DNA from: Dehalococcoidia bacterium
GTDB taxonomy: Bacteria > Chloroflexota > Dehalococcoidia > Bin125
Length of the DNA stretch: 64,000 nt
Direction of reading: 5' to 3'
Assembly (NCBI GenBank): GCA_963555985.3
Contig: OY820591.1
Location: 2,112,001 to 2,176,000 of the forward strand
Shown piece by piece: positions 9,767 through 20,071 of this stretch. The position numbers and the translations under genes are program-made. Each line of letters opens with the position of its first letter. Position 1 is the first letter of the stretch. The notes under the pieces were generated by a model, which had not been told where the DNA came from, did not search any database, and saw only the letters and a list, made by a program, of their open reading frames with translations.

Positions 9767-10161
9767 CGCTCAACGGCCTCCGCGGACGGCGCGGGCATGG
9801 GCGCGCCGCCCAGACTATCGGGGAAGGAACCTCCGAGCGTGCGCACCCGGAACGAATCCTGCGCACACGATAGACCGGTGCAGCGCAGGATACGCAATAC
9901 CGAAGTGAACACTGTTGGAACGAGGGGAAATCGCGCCACGCGGGCTGAGCATTCGGTTACCCCTGGTACATCCCCGTCAAGTAGAACGCTACGCCCAAAG
10001 GCTCACTCTCCGCAAGTCGTTTCGCAAAGGCGAATGAAAAACGGATGTCGCGTGGCGAACAACGGCGGGCCGCTGCTCGCTTCGCTTCAGAGGGCGGCTG
10101 TGGCAGCCGAGGCACCCGCTGGCAGATGTACGAGAGCGGGCGCCTCAGCTGGCCATCCGGG

Positions 10162-11766
10162 TCAGCCGCCGCCGTCCTCTGTGCCGTCGCCGTCTGCGTC
10201 GTCGGCATTGTCCAGATAGCGGTCCTGGATTTCCTGCGGGATGAGCGCATTCGTCACTTTCCGCATCTGTTCAGCGTCGGCGATCTGGGGGTCGATGAGC
10301 AGGGTCATGCCATTGAAGAGGGTGACGGGGTCCAGCCTCAAGCGATCGATCAGCAACGCGCCCATCACGCCCAGGTAGGTCTGGACGAGTGGGTGGTCGT
10401 AGATGGCGAACATGATTTTTCCTTCTTCGACCCACTTGGCAAAGCCGAGGTTGAAGCCGAACGTGGCGAGCGGGACCTCGGGGTTGGGCCATTGGGCGAA
10501 GAGGATGCTGAGGCCGACGGAATCGGAGAGAGCCATCACAGCCGCAATGTCCCCCTGGGCTGTGCGTTCGAGCAAGGCGTCGGCGGCGTCAGCGCCTTCG
10601 TAGTTCCAGGTTTGGACGCTGCCGTTGGCATAGGTCGCGGCGAGGCCTTCGCAGCGCTCGTGGAGGCCGACATTGTTGGGCTCGTGGATGAGGCAGAGGA
10701 TGTCGCCCTGGGCGCCTTCCTTGTTGAACTGCTCACCGGCGATTTCACCCGCGCGGCGGTCGTTGAGGCCGATGTGGAAGCTGGTCCCGACCTCGGCTGC
10801 GGCCTCCGCACCGGAGTTGAAGGACATGACCGGAATACCGGCGGCTGCGGCTTCGGCAATGGCGGGGGCGAGCTCGTCCGGCGAGACCAGGGTGGTGGCG
10901 ATGGAGACTGCACCGTCTTCGACGCACTGCTGGATGGCTTCGGCCTGGTCCGCCACATCGCCGAACGCCTCCGCGCGCAAGTTGATGCCGAGTGTGGCGG
11001 CAGCGGTGACGGCCGTGTCGGCAGCCACGCCCCAGAAGAGATCTTCGCCGCCGTGGCTGACCACGCAGAACAGGTCGTCGCCAGCGGGCAATTGTGGATC
11101 GAGGACTTCGAACCAGTAGTGCACCCAGGTCCAACCGAGATCGGGGTTGTTGAGCAGGATGTTGTCACGGGCGAAGACCGCCGTCTCGACCACTGCGTTC
11201 GAGGTCGCCATGATCTGCGAGATTTCGCCGGCCAGGAGGCGGCGCTCGACTTCATCGGCGACGGCGTTGTAGTCATCCGTCTCGATCACATCAACACCGG
11301 TGGGGAAGGTCTCGCCGATGCCATCGCACAAGGCGCGCAGCGCGGCCTCATTGGAGTCGACCAGGCAGAGGACGGGCGCGAGCGTCTCGGGGTCGTCCTC
11401 GGCGTGGAAGTGCTCGACAAAGTAGTCGCCCATCTGCCGGCCTGTTTCAGTGAGTTGGGTGCGATACTCGTCGGCGATGCGTTCGGCTCGGGTGGCGAGG
11501 TCGAGCATGATCGACGAGCTGTACCTCACCTCTCCTGAATCGGCGTCGGGGGCGAGGAAGCGCCGCTGCGGTTTCTGCGTCTCGCCCCACTCGCCATCGT
11601 CGCCGCGCTGCTGCAAGCCGATTTCGACGCGGCCGTCATCGAGCCGCTCGACGGAGACGCGGACCTCCAGGGTTTCGTCTTCGCCTCCGTGTCCCGCGGC
11701 CCAAATGCCTCCCAAGGCAGCTGCGCCGATGAGCGCTCCGAGGCCGAGCAAAATCAGTGTGCGCAT
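10162..11766 (-). CDS. Secreted sugar-binding-like (periplasmic binding protein type I) protein, paralog 1
   Basis: Signal/TM segment, N-terminal RLDDGRVEIGLQQ module, C-terminal RbsB-like AAAAGIPVMSFNSG..HIGLNDRRAG..IYDHPLVQTY. Confidence 0.8.
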   Translation of the reverse strand: MRTLILLGLGALIGAAALGGIWAAGHGGEDETLEVRVSVERLDDGRVEIGLQQRGDDGEWGETQKPQRRFLAPDADSGEVRYSSSIMLDLATRAERIADEYRTQLTETGRQMGDYFVEHFHAEDDPETLAPVLCLVDSNEAALRALCDGIGETFPTGVDVIETDDYNAVADEVERRLLAGEISQIMATSNAVVETAVFARDNILLNNPDLGWTWVHYWFEVLDPQLPAGDDLFCVVSHGGEDLFWGVAADTAVTAAATLGINLRAEAFGDVADQAEAIQQCVEDGAVSIATTLVSPDELAPAIAEAAAAGIPVMSFNSGAEAAAEVGTSFHIGLNDRRAGEIAGEQFNKEGAQGDILCLIHEPNNVGLHERCEGLAATYANGSVQTWNYEGADAADALLERTAQGDIAAVMALSDSVGLSILFAQWPNPEVPLATFGFNLGFAKWVEEGKIMFAIYDHPLVQTYLGVMGALLIDRLRLDPVTLFNGMTLLIDPQIADAEQMRKVTNALIPQEIQDRYLDNADDADGDGTEDGGG

Positions 11767-11944
11767 TCCGATCGGTCCTTCCTGTGTGTGGTCGTGACCT
11801 CTGCTGGCTGTGTTGGCGAGTCAGTAGGTGACGCGAACATCGTTGCGAAGCCTCCGCTGGCGGGCGTCGCAGTGAAGATCACTCCTCCGCGTCCAGAAGA
11901 GACCGTCGCCAAAGTGCATAGACCCGGGCTAGAGCGTTCGAGGG

Positions 11945-11978
11945 CACGGGGAAGACGCTCGGAAAGCGCTTCCCCGTG
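11945..11978. terminator. Hairpin after paralog 2
   Basis: CACGGGGAAG(A)CGCT-CGGAA-AGCGCTTCCCCGTG; no U-tract. Confidence 0.45.
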
Positions 11979-11998
11979 CCTTCCCGTGATCACGTCGG

Positions 11999-13552
11999 TT
12001 ACTCGGTGAACATCGTGTCCACCAGTGCCTGCATGTACTCCGCGTCGGCGATTTGAGGTGCGATGAGGAGAGACATGCCGTTGAAATAGGCCACCGGGTC
12101 GAGCCGCCAGCGTTCGGCGATGACCGAGGCGACGGCAGAGAGGTAGGTCTGCATCTCAGGGTGGTCGATGATCGTGAACATCACCGAGCCATCCAAGATG
12201 GAGCGGGCCAGGCCGACGCTGAAGCCGAAGGCTCCGATTTCCAGCTCGGCCTCGCTGTAGTAGCGGGCCACGCGAGCCTCCCAGGTGCTGTCGACGGAGA
12301 GCGTCAGGACGGCGCTGAGATCGCCTTCGGCCATGCGCGCGGTGAGCTCGTCCACGGACGCGGCCGGGTCCTCGGCGGACCAGCGCTCGACGGTGCCGTT
12401 GTAGGTTTCCTCGAGGCCCATGCAGCGGTGGTGCAGACCGACGTTGTTCGGCTCGTGAATGATGCAGAGGACCGTGCCGTCGAGCTCGCGCTGGTTGAAT
12501 TCCTCGCCAGCCATGCGGCCGGCCTCACGGTCGTCCAGCGCGATGTGCAGCGCGGTACCGGTCTCGGCCGCTACGTAGGCGCCGGAGTTGAAGCTGACCA
12601 CCGGGATGTCGGCCTCCAGCGCCTCGCCGATCGCGGGCGAGAGCGCGTCCGGCTCGACCAGGGTAGTGGCGATCACGGCGGCGTCGTTGGCGATGCACTC
12701 GCGGATCGCGGCGGCCTGGTCGGCGGCGTTCGGGTGGGCGCTGAAGTCGATGCTGACGCCGAGCTGTCCGGCGGCGGCAGTACTGACTTCCGAAGCGAGA
12801 CCCCAGAACAGGTCGCCTTCTTCTTCCTCCGCGATCACATGTCCGCTGTGCGAGATCTGGCAGAACGGCGCGTCGCTGGCGGCCGGGTGCTGGTCGACCA
12901 GTTCGATCCAGTAGATCCAGGGCAGCCACTGTCCGGTCGCTTCCTCAACCTCGAGACCGAGCAGCGTGGTCTGGACGCTGGTCGTGAAGACGGCGGCGGG
13001 CGGCGCGTCGGTGAAGCGGGCAGTGAGCTCTTCGCGCAGGGCGTCGTAGTCGGACGCTTCGAGCTGCTCGACCTCGCCAGCGTAAGTGTGCGCAGCGCCC
13101 TCGCAGAGTGCGCCGACGCCGGGGTCGTTGGCGTCGACCACGCAGAGCAGGACGCCGAGTTCGGCTGCGCTCTCCGCGCCTTCCTCAGCTTCTCCGCTTT
13201 CGCTGAGGTAGTCGGTGAAGATCTGGCCGATGTCTTCGCCCTGATCGAATAGGTAGTCGCGGTAGTCGCTCGCCGCTCGCTCCTGCTGCGTCTCAACCGG
13301 AATCACGACCTCAGAACTGTGGTACCGCGTGCCCGTTTCGGCATCGGATGGCAGGAAGCGCGCCTCCGGATGCGCTAGTTCTTGCCACGCGCCGTCTGCG
13401 CCTTGTTGTTGCAAGCTCACCTCAACCCGCCCGTCATCATGACGGGTCAAGGTGGCGCGAACGGTGACGTCACCGTGGTGCGCGGACAGTACCGCGCCCA
13501 GCGCCGCCGCGCCGATCAGGATTCCCGCAACGAGGATCAAGATTGACTTCAC
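11999..13552 (-). CDS. Secreted sugar-binding-like protein, paralog 2
   Basis: Same architecture; GTG start after GGAGG. Confidence 0.8.
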   Translation of the reverse strand: MKSILILVAGILIGAAALGAVLSAHHGDVTVRATLTRHDDGRVEVSLQQQGADGAWQELAHPEARFLPSDAETGTRYHSSEVVIPVETQQERAASDYRDYLFDQGEDIGQIFTDYLSESGEAEEGAESAAELGVLLCVVDANDPGVGALCEGAAHTYAGEVEQLEASDYDALREELTARFTDAPPAAVFTTSVQTTLLGLEVEEATGQWLPWIYWIELVDQHPAASDAPFCQISHSGHVIAEEEEGDLFWGLASEVSTAAAGQLGVSIDFSAHPNAADQAAAIRECIANDAAVIATTLVEPDALSPAIGEALEADIPVVSFNSGAYVAAETGTALHIALDDREAGRMAGEEFNQRELDGTVLCIIHEPNNVGLHHRCMGLEETYNGTVERWSAEDPAASVDELTARMAEGDLSAVLTLSVDSTWEARVARYYSEAELEIGAFGFSVGLARSILDGSVMFTIIDHPEMQTYLSAVASVIAERWRLDPVAYFNGMSLLIAPQIADAEYMQALVDTMFTE

Positions 13553-13574
13553 GGCAAACCTCCAAGTGAAATCC

Positions 13575-13604
13575 AGCCTCGACGCCCGCGCGGGCGTCGA
13601 GGCT
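13575..13604. terminator. Perfect 30-bp palindrome between paralogs 3 and 2
   Basis: AGCCTCGACGCCCGC-GCGGGCGTCGAGGCT. Confidence 0.5.
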
Positions 13605-13630
13605 TAGGGGCGTGTTGGGCAGCGCACATG

Positions 13631-15175
13631 CTACTCCGCGTACATCGAGTCGACGACCCGCTGCATGTACTCCGCGTCCGCGATCTGGGGGCGGATCAGC
13701 AGCGACGCGCCGTCGAAGTAGGTCACCGGGTCCAGCCGCCAGCGCTCGGCCATGACCGCCGCGACGGTCGACATGTAGGCCTGCAGCTCCGGATGGTCGA
13801 GGATCGTGAACATGACCGAACCGTCGAGTACGCCGCGAGCTAGCCCGACGCTGAAGCCGAATCCGGCGACCGGCACAATCTCGCCCCGACGCCAGTTGAC
13901 AACCCGCGCGTCCCACGCGCTGTGCACGGAGAGCGTGAGCATCGCGCTCACGTCTTCCTCGTCCAGTCGCTCCCTCAGCTCAGAGCGCACCCGAGCCGGG
14001 TTCTCTGCCGACCAGCGCTCGACATCGCCCTGATAGGTCTCCTCAAAGCCGTCGCAACGTTCGTGCAGTCCGACGTTGTCCGGTTCGTGCAGAATGCAAA
14101 GCGCCGTGCCCTCGATGTCGCGACGATTGAACTCTTCGCCGGCGATGCGGCCCGCCTCATGATCATCGAGCGCGATGTGCAGCGCCGTGCCGATTTCATC
14201 CGCGGCCACTACGCCGGAGTTGAACGAGACCACCGGGATGTCGGCGGCGAGCGCCTCGTCAATGGCCGGAGCAAGCTCGTCAGGCTCGACCAGCGTGGTC
14301 GCGATCGTGGCCGCGCCACTGTTCACGCACTCGCGGATGGCCGCCGCTTGATCGGCGACGTTGCTGTGCGCGCTGAAATCAACGTTGACTCCGAGTTGCG
14401 CCGCCGCCGCAGTGCTGACCTCGGCCGAGAGACCCCAGAAGAAGTCGTCCTCGTCCTCGATCACCGTGCCGCTGTGGGTGATCTGGCAGAACTGCGCATC
14501 GGCAGACGCCAGGTGCTGATCGAGCAACTCGATCCAGTACGTCAGTCGCGGCCGGTAACGGGCCTTATCCCGGACCTCGAGCGCGAGCATGGTGGTCGGC
14601 ACGCTGGTCGTCAGCATGGCGACCGGCGCCTGCACGGCCATCCGCGCGCGCAGCTCCGCGCGCAAGTCGTCCCAATCGTCATGTTTGACGCGCACGACCG
14701 GTCCGCGATACACGGATTCGACTCCATCGCAGAGCGCCTCGACCCCCTGGTCGTCCGGATCGATCACGCACAGGAAGCGACCTGGTTCGAGTTCGGGATA
14801 GTTGGAGTCGGTGAAGCGATCGTTGTATCGCGCGGCGATGCGGGCGCCGGCGGTGACGAGGTAGTCGTAGTACGCGCTGGTAGTGCGCTCCTCGTGCGTT
14901 TCCACCTCAACGGCGACCTCGATAGTAAGCGCGTCGGTCTCGAGCGTCTCGCCGACATCGGCGCCGGCCGCCAAGAAGCGGTTCTCGGGCCGCTGCGTCT
15001 CGCCCCAGACACCATCGCCGTCGAGTTGCTGCAATCCGACTTCAACACGGCCGTCTTTGAGACGCTCGGCGGTGATCCGCACGTCCGTCGTGCCGATCTG
15101 GGTGGCGGCCCAGATCGCGCCCAGCGTCGCGGCGCCGATCAGGAAACCAAAGCCGATCAGGATCAGGGAACGCAT
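13631..15175 (-). CDS. Secreted sugar-binding-like protein, paralog 3
   Basis: Same architecture; start MRSLILIG after AAGGA. Confidence 0.8.
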   Translation of the reverse strand: MRSLILIGFGFLIGAATLGAIWAATQIGTTDVRITAERLKDGRVEVGLQQLDGDGVWGETQRPENRFLAAGADVGETLETDALTIEVAVEVETHEERTTSAYYDYLVTAGARIAARYNDRFTDSNYPELEPGRFLCVIDPDDQGVEALCDGVESVYRGPVVRVKHDDWDDLRAELRARMAVQAPVAMLTTSVPTTMLALEVRDKARYRPRLTYWIELLDQHLASADAQFCQITHSGTVIEDEDDFFWGLSAEVSTAAAAQLGVNVDFSAHSNVADQAAAIRECVNSGAATIATTLVEPDELAPAIDEALAADIPVVSFNSGVVAADEIGTALHIALDDHEAGRIAGEEFNRRDIEGTALCILHEPDNVGLHERCDGFEETYQGDVERWSAENPARVRSELRERLDEEDVSAMLTLSVHSAWDARVVNWRRGEIVPVAGFGFSVGLARGVLDGSVMFTILDHPELQAYMSTVAAVMAERWRLDPVTYFDGASLLIRPQIADAEYMQRVVDSMYAE

Positions 15176-15250
15176 AATTCCGTCCTTTCGCGTCGAACGA
15201 TATCGCTGTCGTTCTAGCATCCACTCCCGGTAGGGGGAGCCGGGAGCCAG

Positions 15251-16852
15251 TTAGCGGCGACGATGCTCCAGATCGTCGAGGAAGGTCTGAGCGTATTCCG
15301 CATCCCAGACTTCAGGCTGGATGGTGATCCGCAGGTTGTGCAGATACGACGCCGGCAGACGCAGGCCATCCACGTACAACAGCGCCGCGACCGCCAAGCG
15401 CGATTGCAAATCAGGGTAGTCCGGAATCGCGAACAGCATCCGTCCGTCGGCGACTCCGCGATAGATGCGCGCGTCCAGACCGAAGCTGGCCCAGGACATG
15501 TCGATCAGCTCACCGTCCTCTGTCAATTGCCAGATTCGCCGCGAGATGGAACTGTTCAGCGTCAGCAGCGACCCGACGCCTCCCTCGCCAATCCGCTCAA
15601 GGATCGCGGCCTCGATCTCGCCCGGTCCTATCAAATCGTGCACCCGCAGACGCTCGACCGCGCCGCTGTACGTCTCCTCAAGGCCGTCGCAGCGTTCTTC
15701 GAGGCCGATGTTGTTCGCCTCGTGGATGACGCAGAGCACCGTTCCCTCAATCTCGGCGGCGCTGAACGACTCTCCGGCCAGGCGTCCGGCTTCGTGGTCG
15801 TCTATGCCCAGGTGCAGCGACGATCCGCCCTCGGCGGCGGTGTCCGTGCCTGAGTTGAAGCTGATCACGCGCGTCCCGGCTGCCCGCGCCTCGGCCACAG
15901 CCGGGCCGATCGCCTCGGCGTCGCCGAACGTCGTCGCCACCGCCGCCGCGCCGTCCTCCACGCATTCGCGGATCGCGCCCGCCTGTTCCGCGCTGTCGGC
16001 GTAGCTGGCGATCCGCGGCGACAGCCCTAGCTGGGCCGCCGAACGCTCACTGACCTCGTTCGCCAGACCCCAGAAGAAGTCGCCAATCTCGCCCCGGTGC
16101 GTGACGACGCAGAAGAGCTCGTCGGCTTCCGGCAGGAGCGGCGTCACCGGCGTCGCCCAATAGAGCATCGGCGTATCAAGCTCGTTCGCCTTGCGCGCGC
16201 GGCCGGCGACAACAGCGGCGAGATCGCCCGTCGCGATCATCCCGTAGCCGTCGGCGTTCAGCAGCCAGTCGCTAATCTCGCGCTCCGCCGCCGCCAGGTC
16301 TTCGCCAAGCAACAACCGATCCACCTGCCCCGCGTACGAGCCCGCCAGACCCTCGCAGAGCAGATCAATCTCCTCCTCCACCAGTCCGTCCGAGATGCAG
16401 AGAAGCGGACGCAGCGGCTCGCCCGCCTGCTCCTGCACGCCCGTCCACCACCGCGCCGGCAGCGTGCCCGACTCCAGCCAGAACTCATGCACCTGACTCG
16501 CGATCGCTTCGGCGTGAGTCGCCGCCGACACCGCGATCTGCGAGCTGTGATAAGGCTGGCCCGATTCTGCCTCGAGGGACAAGAAGCGCGCCTCCGGACG
16601 GATCGTCGCGCCCCAGCCCCCGTCGGAATCTTGCTGTTGAAGTCCGACTTCGACCCGGCCATCATCGTGGCGTTCGGCCACGAGCCGGAGCTTGATACTC
16701 GATTCGGACGGTTCGCGCGCCTCGGCGCTGACGGATGGGGCCTCTTCGAACATCATCGGTCGCAACGCCGCACCCAGCGCAAACGCCGCCAGCAGGCTGA
16801 AGACCATGATCATCCAAGCTGCACGGGTCGGCAGTGCTCGAAAGTTGCGCAT
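15251..16852 (-). CDS. Secreted sugar-binding-like protein, paralog 4
   Basis: Same architecture; start MRNFR after GGAAGGA. Confidence 0.78.
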   Translation of the reverse strand: MRNFRALPTRAAWMIMVFSLLAAFALGAALRPMMFEEAPSVSAEAREPSESSIKLRLVAERHDDGRVEVGLQQQDSDGGWGATIRPEARFLSLEAESGQPYHSSQIAVSAATHAEAIASQVHEFWLESGTLPARWWTGVQEQAGEPLRPLLCISDGLVEEEIDLLCEGLAGSYAGQVDRLLLGEDLAAAEREISDWLLNADGYGMIATGDLAAVVAGRARKANELDTPMLYWATPVTPLLPEADELFCVVTHRGEIGDFFWGLANEVSERSAAQLGLSPRIASYADSAEQAGAIRECVEDGAAAVATTFGDAEAIGPAVAEARAAGTRVISFNSGTDTAAEGGSSLHLGIDDHEAGRLAGESFSAAEIEGTVLCVIHEANNIGLEERCDGLEETYSGAVERLRVHDLIGPGEIEAAILERIGEGGVGSLLTLNSSISRRIWQLTEDGELIDMSWASFGLDARIYRGVADGRMLFAIPDYPDLQSRLAVAALLYVDGLRLPASYLHNLRITIQPEVWDAEYAQTFLDDLEHRRR

Positions 16853-16988
16853 CGAAATTTCCTTCCCGAACGGAAACGGCAGCCGTATGCAAAGCGATCG
16901 CTCGTCGTGAGGCCTTATCTTATTCGCCGACGCAATCCAATCGCTCCGCGCGGGTATCGTTCGCGCGGCGCCGTAGAGGGAGCCGAAC

Positions 16989-17795
16989 ATGTCAGGAGCA
17001 CTTGACGGACAGGCAGCACTGATCACCGGCGGCGCCAGCGGCATCGGAGCCGCCTGCGCAGTGCGCTTCGCAGAGGAAGGCGCGGATGTCCTCCTCGCCG
17101 ACCTGCTCCCCGACCGCGCCGCCGACACGGTGGCGGCAGTCGAAGCGCTGGGCCGGCGAGCCGTGGTCGTGGCCTGCGACACCTCGACCGAAGCCGACAA
17201 CGATGCCGCAGCGCAGCGTTGTGTGGACGAGTTCGGCCGGCTCGATGTCGTCGTCGCCGCCGCCGGTGTCTCGACAGCCGACTACGTGTCGGGCGAAACC
17301 GCAGAGTTGGATGAGGACCGCACCGCGTCGTTTATCGCCAACCAGAATGTCGAGCACTGGGAGAAAGTGCTCGCGGTCAACCTGACCGGCGTGATGCTCA
17401 CCGACCGCTCCTGCGCGCGCAAGATGATTGAGCTCGGCAACGGCGGCTCGATCATCAACATCGCCTCGATCATGGCCAAGTTCCCCCAACCGGGCGCAGC
17501 CAACTACTGCGTCTCCAAGGCCGGCGTCTGGATGCTGACTAAGGTGCTCTCGCAGGAACTGGTGCCGGAGGGCATTCGCGTCAACGCCATCGGCCCTGGT
17601 TTCATCGAGACGCCGATGACGGCTGCCATCTCCGGTCACGAAGAGCTCAATCAGTGGGTGCTTGGCCTCACCCCCATGCGCCGCTTCGGACAGCCCGAGG
17701 AAGTCGCCAAAGTCGCCCTCTTCCTCGCCTCCGACGAAGCCTCCTACGTCAGCGGCGAAATCATCCACCCCGACGGCGGCTGGTTCACCGACTAA
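16989..17795 (+). CDS. SDR family oxidoreductase
   Basis: TGGASGIG, YCVSK. Confidence 0.95.
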   Translation: MSGALDGQAALITGGASGIGAACAVRFAEEGADVLLADLLPDRAADTVAAVEALGRRAVVVACDTSTEADNDAAAQRCVDEFGRLDVVVAAAGVSTADYVSGETAELDEDRTASFIANQNVEHWEKVLAVNLTGVMLTDRSCARKMIELGNGGSIINIASIMAKFPQPGAANYCVSKAGVWMLTKVLSQELVPEGIRVNAIGPGFIETPMTAAISGHEELNQWVLGLTPMRRFGQPEEVAKVALFLASDEASYVSGEIIHPDGGWFTD

Positions 17796-17824
17796 CCGCT
17801 CCGCGCAATCCACAAGGACGCCTC

Positions 17825-19024
17825 ATGTCCGATTCCGCCGCCTGGTCCGCCGCGATCGACGCCATTGACGCCGCAGCAGCCTCCCTCCAAGCGCTCAGCC
17901 TCGACATCCACGCGCATCCCGAAGAGAACTACCAAGAAGTCCACGCACACGCCGCCCTGACCAGTTGGCTCGCCGAACACGGCTGGGACGTGACTCCGAG
18001 CGCATACGGTATGGAGACCGCCTTTGAGGCGCGCGGCGGTTCGACCGGCGCCGGCGCTCCCACCCTGGCCGTGCTCTGCGAGTACGACGCCCTGCCCGCA
18101 ATCGGACACGCCTGCGGACACAACCTCATCGCCGCCTCCGGCGTCGCCGCCGGCCTCGGCGTCGCCGCCGCCATCCGGCAAAGCGGTCTCGACGCCGCAA
18201 TCCGCATCCTCGGCTCTCCCGCCGAAGAAGGCGGCGGCGGCAAGATCAAGCTGATCGATGCGGGCGCGTTCGAAGACGTCGGCGCAGCGATGATGCTCCA
18301 TCCCGCCCCCGGCGACATGATTCGCCCCAGCGTGCTCGCGATCGACACCTGCATGGTCGAGTTCCAGGGCCGCAACGCGCACGCCGCCGCCGCGCCTTGG
18401 GAAGGCCGCAATGCGCTTGATGCGCTCGTGCTCGCCTACCAAGCGATCGGACTGTTGCGCCAGCAGTCCAAGCCCGACGTCCGCATTCACGGCAAGATTC
18501 ACCACGGCGGCGACAAGCCCAACATCATCCCCGACCGCGCCGCCGCCGAGTTCTACGTGCGCGGCAAAGACGACGCCACCGTCGATGACGTGATCGCGCG
18601 CGTCGAAGCCTGCTTCCGAGGCGCAGCCGAAGCCGCCGGCTGCACCGTCAGCGTCGAATGGCAGCCCGGCGAGCGCTACAGCAATATGGCCAACAACGAC
18701 GCCCTGGCCGAGACGTTCGGCCGGCGCTGGCTCGAGCTCGGCGTCCGCGCCTCCGACCTCGATCGCCCCGGAACCGGCGGCTTCGGCTCAACCGACATGG
18801 GCAACGTCTCCCACGTCGTGCCCTCGATCCACCCGATGTACGCCATCCCCACAGAGGCCGGCAACCACACCCCCGGCTTCACCGCCGCCGCTGCGACCGA
18901 CGACGCTCACACTGCCACCTTCACCGCCGCCAAAGCCCTAGCCCAAACCGCGCTCGACTGGCTCACGAACGCTGAGCTGCGCGAGGCGGCGCAGGCCGAC
19001 TTCGACGACACCCACAGCAGCTAG
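17825..19024 (+). CDS. M20 family amidohydrolase (PM20D2/AbgB-like)
   Basis: CEYDAL, GHACGHN, PAEEGGGGK, GSTDMGNVS. Confidence 0.92.
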   Translation: MSDSAAWSAAIDAIDAAAASLQALSLDIHAHPEENYQEVHAHAALTSWLAEHGWDVTPSAYGMETAFEARGGSTGAGAPTLAVLCEYDALPAIGHACGHNLIAASGVAAGLGVAAAIRQSGLDAAIRILGSPAEEGGGGKIKLIDAGAFEDVGAAMMLHPAPGDMIRPSVLAIDTCMVEFQGRNAHAAAAPWEGRNALDALVLAYQAIGLLRQQSKPDVRIHGKIHHGGDKPNIIPDRAAAEFYVRGKDDATVDDVIARVEACFRGAAEAAGCTVSVEWQPGERYSNMANNDALAETFGRRWLELGVRASDLDRPGTGGFGSTDMGNVSHVVPSIHPMYAIPTEAGNHTPGFTAAAATDDAHTATFTAAKALAQTALDWLTNAELREAAQADFDDTHSS

Positions 19025-19404
19025 GGCCTGTTCACACAACCACGAGCGCGGTCGGCCCGCACGCGCGCTGGTCTCGAGGCTGAGCCTCGGCGCTCCCCTC
19101 CCCGCCCTCCTCCACCGAGGCGAAACCGGGTATGCTCAGAACATATACGCGCACGAATCCAATGGGAGACCGCTGTGTCCCGTGAACGCCTCGCTCCAAA
19201 CCTGAACAGTGCTGGACAAGCCCGGATTCACCTGGAAAAATCCACCCAAATCGGGATCAATCCAGACAAATCTGGACAGATCTGGACAAATCCAGACCCG
19301 CGAACGCATGATCCTCAGCGCTCAACAGGAGATCCGCTCAATCCCTCCGAAATTCTCCCGCCAAACAGCGCCGACACGCTTCGCGTAGTCTGAACATGTC
19401 CTAG
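19021..19404. mobile_element. Putative IS5-like MITE with CTAG at both ends
   Basis: Left CTAGGGCCTGTTCACAC versus reverse complement of right end CTAGGACATGTTCAGAC (14/17); no transposase inside. Confidence 0.6.
19201..19300 (+). repeat. Degenerate 10-bp tandem repeat, about 10 units, consensus TCTGGACAAA
   Basis: cctgaacagt/gctggacaag/.../tccagacaaa/tctggacaga/tctggacaaa/tccagacccg. Confidence 0.8.
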
Positions 19405-19422
19405 TCCCTGAAGGGAATCACG

Positions 19423-20049
19423 ATGCTCGATCACATCGTTCTGGCCACACCCGACGTGCAGGCGACGGTCGACGAGATCGCGGCGGCGACGGGAGTACGG
19501 GCCGCAGTGGGCGGACGTTTCACCGAGATGGGCGTCTACAACCATCTACTCGCCTTGCAGGAAGGCGCGTACCTGGAGATCATCGGTCCCGATCCCGAGC
19601 ATGAGGGCGGCGGCTCCATGCCCTTCGGCATGGATAGGGAGTCTGGACAAGGCGCGCACATTGCCCACTGGTGTTGGAAGGGCAACGAGCGGATCGACGA
19701 ACTCGCCGCTGCGATCAAGGACGCTGGCTATGACCTGGGGCCGGTCGTTCCGCTGGGGCGCGACCTGCCCGACGGCGGCCGACTTGACTGGCGGCTCACG
19801 ATCGGGACCTGGCCGCCACATCTCGGCGGGTTAATCCCATTCCTGATCGACTGGGGCGACGCGCCGCATCCCTCCACCACTGCCGTGCAGGGCGTGACGC
19901 TCGCATCCTGGCACGGCGAGCATCCAGACCTCGACGCCGTGCGCGCCGCCCATCGGGAGATGGGTATCGAGCTCGAACTGCGTGAAGCCAGTGAGTCTGC
20001 CCTGGTCGCCACGTTCCAGGGTCCCGAAGGCTCGATCACATATCGCTAA
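19423..20049 (+). CDS. VOC/glyoxalase-like protein
   Basis: LDHIVL, YLEIIGPDP, PFLIDWG. Confidence 0.88.
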   Translation: MLDHIVLATPDVQATVDEIAAATGVRAAVGGRFTEMGVYNHLLALQEGAYLEIIGPDPEHEGGGSMPFGMDRESGQGAHIAHWCWKGNERIDELAAAIKDAGYDLGPVVPLGRDLPDGGRLDWRLTIGTWPPHLGGLIPFLIDWGDAPHPSTTAVQGVTLASWHGEHPDLDAVRAAHREMGIELELREASESALVATFQGPEGSITYR

Positions 20050-20071
20050 CGAGGAGGCGAGGAGGACTGTC

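Noticed and set aside
9767-10161. Intergenic region as a possible riboswitch or ncRNA
   Set aside because: Only a generic hairpin (GAGGCACCCGCT/AGCGGGCGCCTC) is visible; no conserved RNA motif was recognised.
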